Below are positions 26,801-39,666 of a stretch of DNA of 64,000 nucleotides, piece after piece. The notes beneath the pieces were generated by a model. It was given only the letters and a program-made list of their open reading frames with translations, ran no database searches and had not been told where the DNA came from. The stretch is taken from assembly GCA_964016885.1 (NCBI GenBank), contig OZ024758.1:31682001-31746000 (forward strand), given 5' to 3'. Numbering within the stretch: position 1 is the first letter of the stretch; the number at the start of each line of letters is the position of its first letter. This DNA is from Eledone cirrhosa (lineage: Eukaryota). Position numbers and translations under genes: made by a program.

Positions 26801-27325
26801 AATCTGTCCAGTGATTATTTCCTGAGACATTTTAACCACATGTCCATAGTATCAGAGCTGTGATGTCTCAATTCAGAGAAGTAGCAGCTCTACCTGGAGT
26901 GACTCTCTCATCTCCGATTTATGCACTTTAACGAGTTATGTTACTCTAAAGACCCTTCGGAGGAATCCCCTTTCAGCAGCTTGTATTGTTTCGGTCTATA
27001 ATATAAATTTTCCACCCCATATTACTTCATATGAAAATAAAAGACTAAACAAACAAATAAATTTATTTGTGAGACATTTTAACATTTTAAGTATTATAAC
27101 ATTCAAACGAATAAGGTTTAAAAAGTTTATTTGAAAATGTCATTTTATTTTCTATATTATTTGCTGCATTTAAAATTAAAATCAAAACTGTAATCTAAAT
27201 AAAAAAAATCTTTTTCATATGTGCACAATAAAATATACTTGAGTTGGTTCACATAGTCAACATCGAATTTATAAAGAAGCAAATTTTACTCCACAAGGCT
27301 TAACTATAGTTAAAAGAAGGAAGAG

Positions 27326-27498
27326 GCTATGTAGCCAGTAAGAGTAGTCATCCATTTGTAACATGTTACACTTTAGTTACATACACACATATCTACACAT
27401 AAATATATAAATAGATATAGACAACAGAAGGAAAGGTCTAGTGAAACGCTATAGTGATGTGTGTTGCGTCCCTTTACGGTTTACCGGCTACATAGCCT
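27326..27498. mobile_element. MITE-like element with 17-bp inverted ends; longer relative at 14149-14619
   Basis: ggctatgtagccagtaa ... ttaccggctacatagcc; both copies share the internal gtgaaacgc(t/c)atag..atgtgtg..ttgcgtcccttta segment. Confidence 0.7.
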
Positions 27499-27535
27499 AT
27501 TCGTGAAAAGAAAACATGCAGGGTTGTTAACAAAT

Positions 27536-27541
27536 TTTATT
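27536..27541 (-). promoter_or_regulatory. Candidate polyadenylation signal for HAUS4
   Basis: AATAAA on the minus strand about 130 nt after the stop; the AT-rich context makes chance matches common. Confidence 0.35.
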
Positions 27542-27669
27542 ACCAAGAATAATAAAATATAAAAGCCAAAGCTTTGGAGTCGTGCAGTTTATAAAAAAGT
27601 ATCTGTTTATACAGAGATAACAATGAACTGCTGATGGCGAGTAAACATTCTGCGGAGTTCTTTTTATGG

Positions 27670-27850
27670 TTAAGAAGTGTTTTTTAAGCGATTCAGAGAC
27701 CATTGGATGCTCTCAATATCTTGTTCTAGTTTTCTGTATTCATCAACCTTTGTTGTATATTCTGGGCCCAATTTTTCATACTCACTTAAAGCTTCATTTG
27801 CTTGCTTGTTTTGTTCTTTAACCTTTTTAAATTCTTTATCAATATGTTCC
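27670..27850 (-). CDS. HAUS4: HAUS4 last coding exon (stop TAA)
   Basis: EHIDKEFKKVKEQNKQANEALSEYEKLGPEYTTKVDEYRKLEQDIESIQWSLNRLKNTS* (YE.LG.E...V.EY..L.....W.L). The nine exons sum to 1032 nt and stay in frame. Confidence 0.88.
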
Positions 27851-28007
27851 CTGTTAATTGAAATAATAATAATTAATATAAGACAAAAGCAAAATAAATT
27901 CTTTCATCTGACAAAAATCATTCAAATTAACATATTCTTTTTTCAAAGTATCTGTGGTATATTATCTTTGATAAGTGTATAAATATATATAACGTTGAAA
28001 GAGATAG

Positions 28008-29568
28008 AAGGCTAAACAATGCAAAATGGACTGTAAGATGAAGTAAGGAAAAGTACAAGTTACCTGGTAATCTTTGTTTTGTTGTTGTTCTATTATCTGT
28101 CCAATATTTCGGGACCTAAAAGTCCCTTCATCAGGTGACTGAGTACATCATTTCATACAACATATACTGCTTTGGCCTCACTCCACAACACATACGTCAG
28201 CTGCTATCCGTCATCGTAGAAAATACATACTTCACTTTCTACCACCACACATACAAACAAACAACAGGCCTACCCATGGGGTCCAGTCTTTCAGGTCTTC
28301 TAGCCATCACCTATGTAAACCAACTGGAACATTGAGCGCTCAACACCTGCCGCTCCTGTGTTTTCTTCACCCGATACATAGATCATATACTCATCCTCAC
28401 ATCATCCCATGAAGAGGCCGACATAATATCTATGGCATTTTCACAGATAACAACATACGATTTACCACAGAACACCCTGATAAAAATGATTCCTTGTCTC
28501 TGCTGGACTTCCAACTTAGAGTAACAGATGAAGGTACTATATACACCAACGTCTATAAGAAAGCTGCCAGCAGAGACCTGTTTGTGCATTATAGATTAGC
28601 CCTTCCCTTTGGTGCTAAAACCGGATACATAAGAAATGAACTTACGTGTATCTGGAATAAATATAGTAAAGCAGAGGACCAGATCACCCACACTGCACAC
28701 TTCATAGATGTACTGAAGATACCCAACATCCACACTGAATCGACTTAAGAATAGAGGCGCTCTAACACCTGCTTTGTGAAATTACAACATTTCAGTGAAA
28801 GCATAACCACAGCTCTCCGCAAAGAAGGACTGGACATACAGTTAGCACACTCCAGCCCTTCACTGCGTGGATATCTATCTCAAAAGCAATCCAGAGACAA
28901 CAACAATTAATGCTCGCTGACTAACTGCCCTCACCGCGATACAGGTATGTGCCAGTGGACACATGGTATACCGGACTGAATGCAACAAATGTAAGGAGTT
29001 CTACATTGGTAGCATGATTTGAGCACTCCACACTCGCATTAAAGAACACCTCAACACACGCACATCCTCATTCACAAAATACATCGACAAATGTAGAAAC
29101 ATCAACCAATATATTACCGTTACCATTAAAGCCGGTGATAGAAATGAAGGCAACTTAAGAATTAAGGAAGCCTTGCTCATACGTAGACTCAACCCACAAA
29201 TAAATAATAGATTAGAACTCAGCACACAGAACTTGACATAAAAAGACTCACCCACAGGCACACAAACTAAACATCTCATACAAAAAAGAAAATTGTTTCG
29301 CGAAATATTAGATTGGCAATTGACTTCATTCACGTGGAAAGCGAAATAATCACCAAAAAACGCTTGAAAAGGACTTAGAAAAAATTTAAATCAAAATCCA
29401 AATTTTATCCCAAAGAGAGGAAATTGGAACATTATCCACTGAAACCCTGATGAAGGGACTTTTAGGTCCCGAAATATTGGACAGATAAAAGAAGAAGAAC
29501 ACAACAACAAAACAAACTTTTACTTTTCGTTACCTCATCTTACAATCCATTTTGCATGTTTAGCCTTC
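28008..29568 (+). mobile_element. Decayed Penelope-like retroelement (RT + GIY-YIG endonuclease) with inverted pseudo-LTRs
   Basis: RT motifs NTYFTF..YKQTTGLPMGSSLSG, RYID, LLDF, VYKK; GIY-YIG region ECNKCKEFYIGS..LHTRIKEH..KEALLIRRLNPQIN with stops and frameshifts. 28008-28135 is an inverted copy of 29446-29568. Confidence 0.88.
29445..29480 (+). ncRNA. Hammerhead motif in the Penelope pLTR (inverted copy at 28107-28134)
   Basis: cc-CTGATGA-aGGGAC-tttta-gGTCCC-GAAA-TATT-gg. Confidence 0.7.
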
Positions 29569-30141
29569 TTTCAATCTTATATATTAAACACAATGCTTCA
29601 AACAAATTATAATATAAATATATATATTTTTCTCTCTAAAGACGATACTTAACTCTTTTGATACTGCACGACATGCGACCACCTCCTGTTTTCAAGTTGT
29701 AGTAACAGGTCGAACCGATGTAGTTTCAGCTGGCCTTCGATGAGGTTGCATTTATACATGTATGGTCCCGTAACTCCTGATAGAGTCATGGGGCACTGTA
29801 TTGACATACAGCGTTTCTTGGGTATTTTAAGCCTGGCAGAGCCCACCCCCCTCCAGGCCTGAGTATATCAGATTTCTTCCAGAGAAAGATAGAAATTGAG
29901 AGAAGGGAGAGGAGAAAGAGATATAGAGGAAGAATCGACCCAGTATGAGACTGGTACTTTTTTTATCGACCTTGAAAGGACGAACGGCAAAGTTGACCGT
30001 GGCACAATTTGAACCCAGAGAGCCGGAACAAATACCATAAAGCCTTCTATCCGATCTTCTAACAACTCTGTCAATTCACTGCCTATTTATACATGTACTG
30101 TTGAATACAAAAAAATTAATAAATAACATAAAAGAGCTTAC

Positions 30142-30210
30142 TTAATTATCTGGAGAGCTTGCACTGTGTCTTCTTTATAAGTGTCACAAATTATTTCAGT
30201 ATTACATAAT
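30142..30210 (-). CDS. HAUS4: HAUS4 coding exon 8
   Basis: LCNTEIICDTYKEDTVQALQII containing the conserved DTY motif; ag/gtaagc. Confidence 0.85.
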
Positions 30211-30454
30211 CTGCCACAAACAGGTAAAAAGAAATCATTTAGTAATTTTCTTTTCTTATATTTATAAAATCATCATCATTTTACATCCACTTTTCCCTGC
30301 TTGCAAGGGTGGGACAGGAACCGATTCTGGCTTGATTTCTACAGCTGGATGCCCTTCCTAACACCAACCTCATTTACAGTGAGTGTTGGGTGCTTTTTTG
30401 CTGTGGCACCTCTACGACCACTTTGCAGTGGAATGATAGGGACCCCAGTCCTAT

Positions 30455-30600
30455 CATCTCATTTCTACAGCTGAGTAAACTGGAGCAATGTGAAATAAAG
30501 TTTCTTGCTCAAGGAAACAACACATCACCTGGTCTGAGAATTGAACTCACAACCTTTCGATTGCAAGGCCAATGCTCTAACCACTAAGCCATGTGCCTCC
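30455..30600 (-). mobile_element. tRNA-derived SINE family 2
   Basis: tggcttagtggttagagc...gagttcaattc...ccttgagcaag core. Copies at about 10815-10935 (+), 53470-53625 (-) and 925-1172 (-). Confidence 0.8.
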
Positions 30601-31904
30601 ATAAATAATTTTATTTCATTCAAATATTTCTTACAAATGGCTGGTTGTAGAAATTCTGTATATTCTTGAATATAAGCCACGGAATATGTGACAAAAAGAA
30701 AAAAAAATTGCTGGTAAAATGGGAGGTTGGCTTATATTCACCAGGTAAACAATGTGTTGATTAGCTCCCTCGGCTTATAAATGGGATTTGAATTTTTCTT
30801 CATTTCTCAGGCTTATAAGGTTGGCTTATATTCGAGTATATACTGTACATATTAAAACCATTTTTCATGAACTAATTTGAGATTTTATGGGGTTTAATTT
30901 GTAAAAGAGCTGTAGGAAAAGTTCCAATCCTAGAAGAATAGTCTCACACTAAAATGTTTAAAGGTGAACAAGACAATGACTGAGAAAAGGACCAGTTGGT
31001 TACTATGTACAAAATGACAATAGTATGGATATATATATCATCGTCATCATCTTCGTATATATATATGTGTATATCTGTATTTTAATAAATATTTGCTCTA
31101 CGGTTCTTATATATTTGATATATATTTATCCTTATCGAGCCCTCTTTGGATTTTAGTCTTCAAATTTATTATTATATTATTATTACTATATATGTGTGTA
31201 TATATATGTATAGAAATGCTCTTTATGTTTCTATTTAAATATTACATCAAATGATTTATATTCAGTGGTTTTTATTCCTTCAGTCCACCATTCTTTCATT
31301 ATAGCTTCTTTACAATCTGAGTTGAAATCAGAGGTTTACTTTGTAAATATTCCAACTGGGGTCAATAATTGTTTCTACTTTTGTCACAAGGCCAACAATT
31401 TGAAGGGAAGGGAAAAGTCAATTAAATCGATCCCATTACTGGTGCTATATTTTATCAACCCTGTAAGGATGAAAGGTAAAGCAGGATTAGAACTCAGAAT
31501 GTAAAGAGCCATCAAAACATATTGTCTCATGCTCTACTGATACTGCCAATCCACCACACCTTTCCGAGCTCAAAAAAATAAAGTACTAACCAAGTTCTGG
31601 GGTTAATATAATTCACCAAAATTACTGGCCTTGAACTTACACTAGACACAACTATTCATTCGTGAATTCATGACACTATTAACCCGTTACCGTTTACATT
31701 ACTCTATATTTACTATTGTATTTTCACAGTAAAGTCTCACGTAATATTGTATCTATGAGATTTTGATATTATATATTTTGAGAACAATACCTTAACATCA
31801 GTATGAGTGGCCAGTTATAACCAATTTGAACAGAAGGAGGTGAGAGAATTCTGACCAGATTTGACCGGTTTAAATGCTAAAGGGTTAGAAGGTAAGAAAC
31901 TCAC

Positions 31905-32032
31905 GCAAGTTTTGAATGTAGGGTCTTGCTATATGATGATAAATATTTAGAAGTGGTATTTTCCAACTCTGCTTGTAAGTGAAGCTTTTTGTCACAAATC
32001 TTTTGCAACTGCAGTAAACTTTCTTTGAAAAT
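31905..32032 (-). CDS. HAUS4: HAUS4 coding exon 7
   Basis: IFKESLLQLQKICDKKLHLQAELENTTSKYLSSYSKTLHSKL; ag/gtgagt. Confidence 0.85.
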
Positions 32033-33188
32033 CTGTAAAATAAAAAAAGGGAAAAGAATTGGATTAGGTTCTAACATCTTAACAGTTTCTATAGAAAATC
32101 AAGTTTTAAATCATTCAATGACATTTCTGTATGTTTAGGCAGCAATTTTGGTTGAATAGTTAAATGAAGTGAGCATGAAATGTGTGATGTTGCACGGCAG
32201 TGAAACGTGGGTGGTAAGTGAGCATGAAATGTGTGATGTTGCACGGCAGTGAAACGTGGGTGGTAAGTGAGCATGAAATGTGTGATGTCTGTGGAATGAA
32301 GCTGCTGTAAAGGAAGACCAAGAAAAACCTGGGCAAAGGTGGTTAGAGCTGATCTCGTGAATGTAGGCTGCACTGGAAAGGAGTGTATTTTATCAGCACC
32401 AGAAATGTTGTTACATCCTTAGTAAGACTATGCATAAATAAATACAGCAATTTTACTTCAAAAGACATTTGTATATTTTAACCCTATTGATAGCAAATGC
32501 CCCAAAACTGTCCTTGGTTCTATGTTACAAAACTGTAAAATGGTTGTGCTGATGACACAACAAAAAGCAGCCAGTCCACACTGTAAAGTGGTCGTTTTGG
32601 TGTCATGATAAAAAGCAACCAGTCCACACTGTGGTTGGCATAAGGAAGGGTATCCAGCTGTGGAAACCAAGCCAGAAACAGTTCTGTATGAGCAAGACAT
32701 GGTCACCTGACTTGGCTTGTTTCAAATGGGACAACTCGTCTAACCCATGCTAGCATGGAAAAATGAATGTTAAACTGTGATGATATATTTATCTATAAAC
32801 CTTCCACCATAATTTTGAGTAGAAACCTTTCTTAAGTCATATTCCAAACACCAGCATGATAGTGAGAAAGTTAGCTATATAACTAAATCCTTCCAAATTC
32901 TAGGTAATGTCTTTCCTCAGAAATATGGTAATGAAAGAGTTAACCCTTTAGTATTTAAACTGGCTGGATCCGGCCAGAATTCTCTCACTCCTTTCTGTTT
33001 AAACCAGCTGTAACTGGCCACTCATACTGACGTTAAGGTATTGTTCTCAAAATAAATAATATCAAAATCTCAGATTTGATATTATGTGAGATAAAGCCTT
33101 TACAGTGAAAATACAATAGTAAATATAGAGTAATTTAAAGGCTAAAGGGTTAAATATATGATTGAAATAATGAGAAGGAGATACTAAC

Positions 33189-33328
33189 TTTATAGCGCTC
33201 TTCTTCAAGTAACCTCTTTTCATTGTTAAGTGCTTCAAGTTGTTGCTGCTCTGTTTCTAATTCTGAAAGTTGAGCTTCCACAAGGGCTGGCAACTGACAA
33301 GCTTTGGCAAGGTTCAGATCTGCATTAT
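33189..33328 (-). CDS. HAUS4: HAUS4 coding exon 6
   Basis: NNADLNLAKACQLPALVEAQLSELETEQQQLEALNNEKRLLEEERYK; coiled-coil character; ag/gttagt. Confidence 0.85.
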
Positions 33329-33392
33329 CTAAAAATAAACAAACAACCAATTATAATGTCATTTTCTTATTTTATTTATGACATAAGACTTA

Positions 33393-34024
33393 TACGAGCT
33401 GGTGCTGGAAAGTTCCTGGCTTTGGGTAAAAGAAAATACAGGAGGATCACTTAGATACGATTTTATTCAACATATTCCTTAGAGTTGAGAGACCCAGGGA
33501 GACTTGGGTTGAGGTGATAAAAGCTGACCTTGCACAATTGCACCTCTCAAAGGCGATGACATATGACCAAGATCTCTGGTGTTACACAGTAATATAGAAG
33601 ACCTGACTTCCCACAGGTACAGGCTGAAGCATATATATAGCATGCCCCACTCCACCCTCCCACTGTAAAGTGGTTGTGTAGGTGTCACGACAAAAAGCAC
33701 CCAGTATTCATTGTAAATGAGGTTGGTGTTAGGAAGGGCATCCACCTGCAGAAACCAAGCCAAAATCAGTGCTGTATAAACAAGATATGGTCACCTGACC
33801 TAGCATTGCCCACAACAGGACAACTTGTCTAACCCATGCTCGCGTGGAAGAATGGACGTAAACCGGTGATGATGATGATGATGATATTCCCCTCTCAGAT
33901 TCACACTTATTGCAGCGGTCCTTCAGTTTCTCTAAGCCCTGTAAAAAGATGTTGGATGGTTAGGCCTCCAGCCAGGTGTTTGTGATATCGTCAAAGCCAG
34001 GAATGTTTCAGCACCCCCTCCCAT
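33393..34024. mobile_element. mariner-type MITE interrupted by an RTE tail
   Basis: tacgagctggtgctggaaagttcctggcttt ... aaagccaggaatgtttcagcaccccctc. Confidence 0.6.
33483..33886 (+). mobile_element. Short 5'-truncated copy of the RTE 3' end (dispersed 'gttaggaagggcatccagctgtagaaacc...cccatgctagcatggaa...(gat)n' repeat)
   Basis: Matches 47670-48080. Similar tails at about 745-920, 11275-11422, 16085-16277, 32530-32785, 34620-35080, 38300-38630 and 59395-59705. Confidence 0.85.
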
Positions 34025-34441
34025 ATAGTTGAGTGTGTCAGCATTATTAACGATAGCATTTGATGACTATTACTCTTGCCCTGATATGTCATCTGACAGG
34101 ATGGAGAAGACATTGCTCTGGAGGAGGGCGACGCACTGGAATAGCTGCTCTACCTGACGGGGCTCACACCTACTACAGGCTCAACCATAAATCTATCAGA
34201 GCAAAATCCACTGTCCTTGATTAGTACTTTATTTTATCGAGCACCCAAAAGAATGAAAGACAAAGTTGACCTCAGTGGGATGTGAGCTTAGAACACAAGC
34301 AGCTGGAACAAACAGCACAAGGAATTTAGTCGTTTACTCCAACAACTCAGCCAATTAACTGTGATGAAGATGACAAGATGACTCCCCAGGGGCACTGGAG
34401 AAGCAACCTAAAGCCAATAAAAACACAACAAAACCACTTAC

Positions 34442-34544
34442 TTGTTCTACCACCTGGTTGATAGGATTGTGATATATTTATACATTTTTGTTTCATCATA
34501 TCCTCTATTTCCGTCTGAATTCGAGGTAGAATTGCTTCATGTTT
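34442..34544 (-). CDS. HAUS4: HAUS4 coding exon 5
   Basis: KHEAILPRIQTEIEDMMKQKCINISQSYQPGGRT (ExExxxKxKC...Y.P); ag/gtaagt. Confidence 0.85.
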
Positions 34545-35158
34545 CTAAGAGAGTGTAATGAAAGTGACAAATAGAATACAGATTTCTAGCATTGGCACAA
34601 AGTTAGGAATTTTCACCCCGTAAAGTGGTTTTGTGTTGGTAACACAACAAAAAGTACCCAGTCCATACTGTAAAGGGGTTGTGTTGGTGACACAACAAAA
34701 AGTACCCAGTCCACCCTGTAAAGTGGTCATGTTGGTGACATGACAAAAAGTACCCAGTCCACCCCGTAAAGTGGTTGTGTTGGTGACACAACAAAAAGTA
34801 CCCAGTCCACACTGTAAAGAGGTCATGTTGCTGACATGATAAAAAGCCCCCCCAGTCCAGCCAGTCACTTGGTTGTTTTGGTGCCTTGATAAAAAGCATC
34901 CAGTCCATGCTATAAATGTGGTTGGCATTTGGAAGAGCATCCAGCTGTAGTAACCAAGCCAGAAACAGTTTGTATGAGCAAGACAGGGTCATCTGATCGA
35001 ACTTGTCTCAATGGGACAACTCATCTAACCCATGATAGTATAGAAAAAGAGAGAATAAATGATAATGATGATGATGATGAGTGCCTTACATTAGAAATAT
35101 GTTAATTGTGGTCTACTAAACCTCTTCATAGACTAACAGAAAAAAAAAAATTTTTTAC

Positions 35159-35281
35159 CTTTCGCTGCTTCTTAAGATGTTCAGCATCCAGCCCAAGAAC
35201 AGAGACCCCAGAATCACCAGAAGGGTGTAAATGTGGTATCATTTCACCAAATGCCAAACATTCATTCAATGCCTGACAAAA
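35159..35281 (-). CDS. HAUS4: HAUS4 coding exon 4
   Basis: FCQALNECLAFGEMIPHLHPSGDSGVSVLGLDAEHLKKQRK (LGL motif); ag/gt. Confidence 0.8.
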
Positions 35282-36249
35282 CTATCAACAAAAATAAAAT
35301 AAAAGAGTTATTCAAATTATAAACAAAAACATGAATGCTGTGGAAACAAAACTGATCTTACATTCTTTTACTGATTCTAGTCACTGGAAGCCATTTTAGT
35401 TGATCATGTGGATATCATCAACAGTTTTCTTTCTGATTTTCTATCTCTCAAATCAGAGAAGTAACAGCTCTACCTGGAGTGACTTTCTCATCTCTAAGCT
35501 ACACTCTATCAAGTAACATTACTCCAAAATCCTTCAGTTTTCACTTAGATTTGTAAGGTATGGATGTTTGGAAATCTAACCACAAAACAGTGGGATCTGT
35601 TCATGCAGAATGTAAACAAATATCACTATCTGTGATGACAAATGTAAAGAGGAGAGACAAACAAACACATATACAGCATGCTAGAGATGACAAAGGATTG
35701 CGATGAGTGGAGAGTTGCTGTGTTGAAAACCATCTGTCCAACCCATGCAAGCATGGAAAAGCAGACATAAAATGATGCTAATACACACACAATATATATA
35801 TCATCATCAACACCGTTTAACATCCATTTTTCCACACTTTCATGGGTTAAACGGGTCGTCCACACCGGGAGACAAGTCTGGCCAGAGTTGACCATGTCAC
35901 ACCTTGCTCCAGCGAGGGCTGTAAATTTGGCCAGGTATTTTACAGCTGGATACCAGTCTTAACACCAACTGCATTTACAGAGTGGAACTGGATGGCTCCA
36001 TTATGAGGAGGGACAGGCCATTTGGCCGTGCTGAACCCGTCTCACAGCAGAACCATATTTCTGAAACCTGACCCATCTCACAGTGGAACCATAGTTTTGG
36101 GGCCCGGAACTGGATAGCTATGAGGAGGGCCACGCCAAACCTATCTCACGTTACCACAGTTTTTATTCTTTAAAACTGAACCATTGCACCTGTAACTGTT
36201 GTTACACACCTAACATATATATATATAAATATTATCTATTCTTACATTT

Positions 36250-36815
36250 ACACGTAGGGTGCACTACGCAGACATCCTTGAGAGGACAGAATTGCAGGAG
36301 CTGGTGCAGTAATGTGCCAGCTTCTGCATTCAATAATCAGAAGGGAGGCAGGCGTAAAAGCCAAACTCGCTATCTTCAATTCAGTATTTGTGCCAACCCT
36401 AACCAATGGTCAAGAATCTTGGGAAATGACCAAAAGAATACAATCACGAATACAAGCAGCTGAAATGGGGTTCCTCCAAAGGGTCTTTGGAGTAAGATTA
36501 TTCAATAGAGTGTGTGGCTTGGAGATCAGAGAGTCACTCCAGTTAGAGTTGCTACTTCTCTGAATTGAGAGATGACAGCTCCGATACTATGGGCATGTGG
36601 TTAGAATGTCTCAGAAAAGAATTGCAGGACAGATTTTATAGGCAAAACCAACTAGCAGGAGACCCAGGGATAGACCCTGAGCAAGATGGTTGGATAACAT
36701 CCATGAGCTTGGCTGATCTTGCTCAGGAATCCAGCCGGATCAGTTGCTTCTGACAGGACTCGCTGGGTCATGTCCCCATCACCCTCTCAGGAATAAGTGG
36801 GCGAAAAAGAAGAAA
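36250..36815 (+). mobile_element. RTE-like LINE 3' fragment (same family on minus at about 26610-26990)
   Basis: FVPTLTNGQESW..RIQAAEMGFLQRV..EIRESL..YYGHVVRM. Confidence 0.8.
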
Positions 36816-37171
36816 TTATCTCTTTTTCATTAACATATAAAAAATAAAAATCATATATAATTATTTAAAATATTTTTACCTAAATGTTTCTAGAGAAGGG
36901 ACTCAAATATCATATAGCCCAGGGCTTCAACAGGTGAAAGTCCACCCATCAACCTTTTATTAAAATTTTGTAACATATTCTTTAGGTCTTTCTCTATTAA
37001 TTTGAACTATTTCATTTCTTTCTAATTTCCATTTACTCATGCTTTCACTTAATGATTTGTTTAGTGTAATACATAGTGTACACTACAATGATTGTTAAAT
37101 TCCATTTTTTAGTAGTGTAGTAGCAGTATCTTGTAATGCTCACTGTTAGATATCCTGTTTTGGATGCTTAC

Positions 37172-37303
37172 CTCTTTATCAGGGCCACTTAGCTCCTCAT
37201 CAATAGCTTTCATTTCATATCCAACCAATACTTGTTTTGCTACAGTTAGTAAAATCTTATGCTGTAACCATTCATTTTTCTCCTTTGATAAAATGTTTTT
37301 AGC
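37172..37303 (-). CDS. HAUS4: HAUS4 coding exon 3
   Basis: AKNILSKEKNEWLQHKILLTVAKQVLVGYEMKAIDEELSGPDKE; ag/gt, phase 0-0. Confidence 0.85.
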
Positions 37304-37791
37304 CTGTCAAGTAAAATTAACATGTCGATATCAAGTAGAAATGACGTCACTTTGTTTTAGAAAAAAAAAGGTCAGGATGGTCATGGCTAGAATGCCTTTA
37401 ACCCTTTAGCATTTACATTACTCTATATTTATTATATTTTCACAGTAAAGGCTTTACCTCACATAATATCTGACATAACATTTACATTACTCTATATATA
37501 TACTATTGTATTTTCACAGTAAAGGCTTTACCTCACATAACATGTACATTACTCTATATATACTATTGTATTTTCACAGTAAAGGCTTTACCTCACATAA
37601 TATCGAATATATGAGATTTTCATATTATTTTGAAAACAATACCTTAACATCAGTATGAGTGGCCAGTTACAGCTGGGTTGAACAAAAAGAGGTGCGAGAA
37701 TTCTGGTCAGATTTACTCAATTAGGGCTGTTGTGGAGCTAAACAACAACCAGGTTTACTAATCCAGATTAAGATCAGCAAATAAACTTTAC

Positions 37792-37928
37792 CTCTTCTAT
37801 ACTATCCTGCATTTTAATGCTGGTGCCACTGGGAGTAATTTGTTTTGACAGTGCAAGGAGCAAATTTGCAAGTTCTGGCATGGCTTCCACATCTTCTTCA
37901 CATAGTTGAATAGGTAAAGATTCATTAA
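37792..37928 (-). CDS. HAUS4: HAUS4 coding exon 2
   Basis: INESLPIQLCEEDVEAMPELANLLLALSKQITPSGTSIKMQDSIEE, resembling the HAUS4 N-terminus as I recall it (LPPCNLSKEDL..P..SKLLLNLSQHVDESG); ag/gt bounded. Confidence 0.85.
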
Positions 37929-38719
37929 CTGTTTAAAAGAAAGAAAAACAATTTTATTCTACTCAGGAGTCAAACTAAATTATTACAGGTCACTGTTATT
38001 TAAAAAAATAATCCGTGTTTGATTTGCCGAATTTGGAATGTGAGTAGGGTTTGGTTTGGCAGGAGTTATAAATACAGGTTGGTGTTTGTGGACTGATTAG
38101 AGCAATAACGCTTGCATATTGCACCTGGGCACTGTGCACAATATTTCGTTATTGTTATTATATCATGACTCATACACTGTTTATTTTCCTGACATTTGTA
38201 CATTATTCTATGTACTATACATGCACCTCTGATGAGTTGTAGTGCACCTGAGCACTGTACACAATAATTTCATTATTATTATTATTATTATATATGTATA
38301 AAGGCATCCAGCCCGAACTGTAAAGTGGTTGTGTAGGTGTCAGGACAAAGATCATACAGCCCACACTGTAAAAGTGGTCATATAGGTGTGTCACCGCAAA
38401 AATCACCCGGTCCATACTGCAAAAGTGGTCATGTAGGAGCCACGGCAAGAAGCCCCCAGCACACACAGTAAATGTGGTCGGCGTTAGGAATGGCATCCAG
38501 CTGTAGAAATCTAGCCAGAAACAGTTCAGTATGAACAGGATACGGTCACCTGTCCCAATTGCCTCAAATGGGACACCCGTCTAACCCATGTTAGCATGGA
38601 AAGTGAACGTTAAACAACGACAATGATGATGTATATACTCAGAATTTAAAGGAGGAGATCTCTTATATGCACCGCTAACTCTTCATAAGCTCTAGCTCTG
38701 CATTTCGCAAAGATTATTA

Positions 38720-39130
38720 GGATCGCATGAATAAACATTGAGCTACATTCTGCTAAACCTCATTTTCAAGAGAGCTTTGGCCCGGGCAAACATCCCCTCA
38801 ATTTTGGAACTATCTGGGTTGTCCAGAATTGATGGGAAAAGACCTGAGGGCCTTACCCAGTGCCCCTGGTCGAGCGGCAGGTGCCTTACCTGGGATGCCA
38901 CAGTTAGTGTCTCTTTTGCTTCTTCCCACATCCTGGACGAACGGAACAAAATCCTGTCAGCCAACCACATTTTCCAGCCTGTGGCGTTCGAGACATTTGG
39001 GGAAGTCGGGCTACTGACTGCGAGATTCTTATCTTCACTGACAGCTCACCTAACAGAGGTAACTGGTGAAGCTCATGAGGGCGCATCAGCCTCGCCATCA
39101 CCCGAGGTAACGCTGTGACCATGCTGGCTT
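38720..39130 (+). mobile_element. CRE-clade non-LTR fragment
   Basis: FKRALARANIPSILELSGLSRIDGKRPEGLTQCPWSSGRCLTWDATV..FQPVAFETFG. Confidence 0.75.
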
Positions 39131-39666
39131 GCCTCCAAAATTATTAGAGAGATTTCCCAATGCTCCTTGCGATACTGCCATCTTTTGCTCTGGTAGCGGC
39201 TTGGGGGGAAAGAAATGATGCCGCCAACTTAACAGACCCGTATAAACAGTGGGAATAATTAACGTATGGATGATAACAATAACATGAGTGAAAAAGGCTA
39301 ACACATCCTCTTAATTACACAATACAAGAAGGAATACTGGTATTTGACATTAAACATTTTGTAGGCAACCCACCAAAATCTTGATCTTAAAACCTTCCAC
39401 CTTAAATTTTATGTCAGAAAATTTTGTTGTTTAAAATAACAGCTTAATGGAAAAAAAAATTACAAAATTTCTTAAAATATGTGACACTTATTCAGTATAT
39501 TTCATTAGAAATATGGTAACTCGAGTAGTTGTGAGGTTGAGATAGTCAAGTACCAACAAGAACATCAGCTTATTCTTCAGTAAGATGAGACACCAATGAT
39601 GACAAAACTTCATTTAAGCAAAGAAATCCTGCTTTTACCCGAAACGGGATCTTCTGATAATATATA

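Noticed and set aside
38229-38265. CTGATGA followed by a stem (possible hammerhead)
   Set aside because: No GAAA after the stem; looks like a LINE-type 3' end with a (TTA)n tail.
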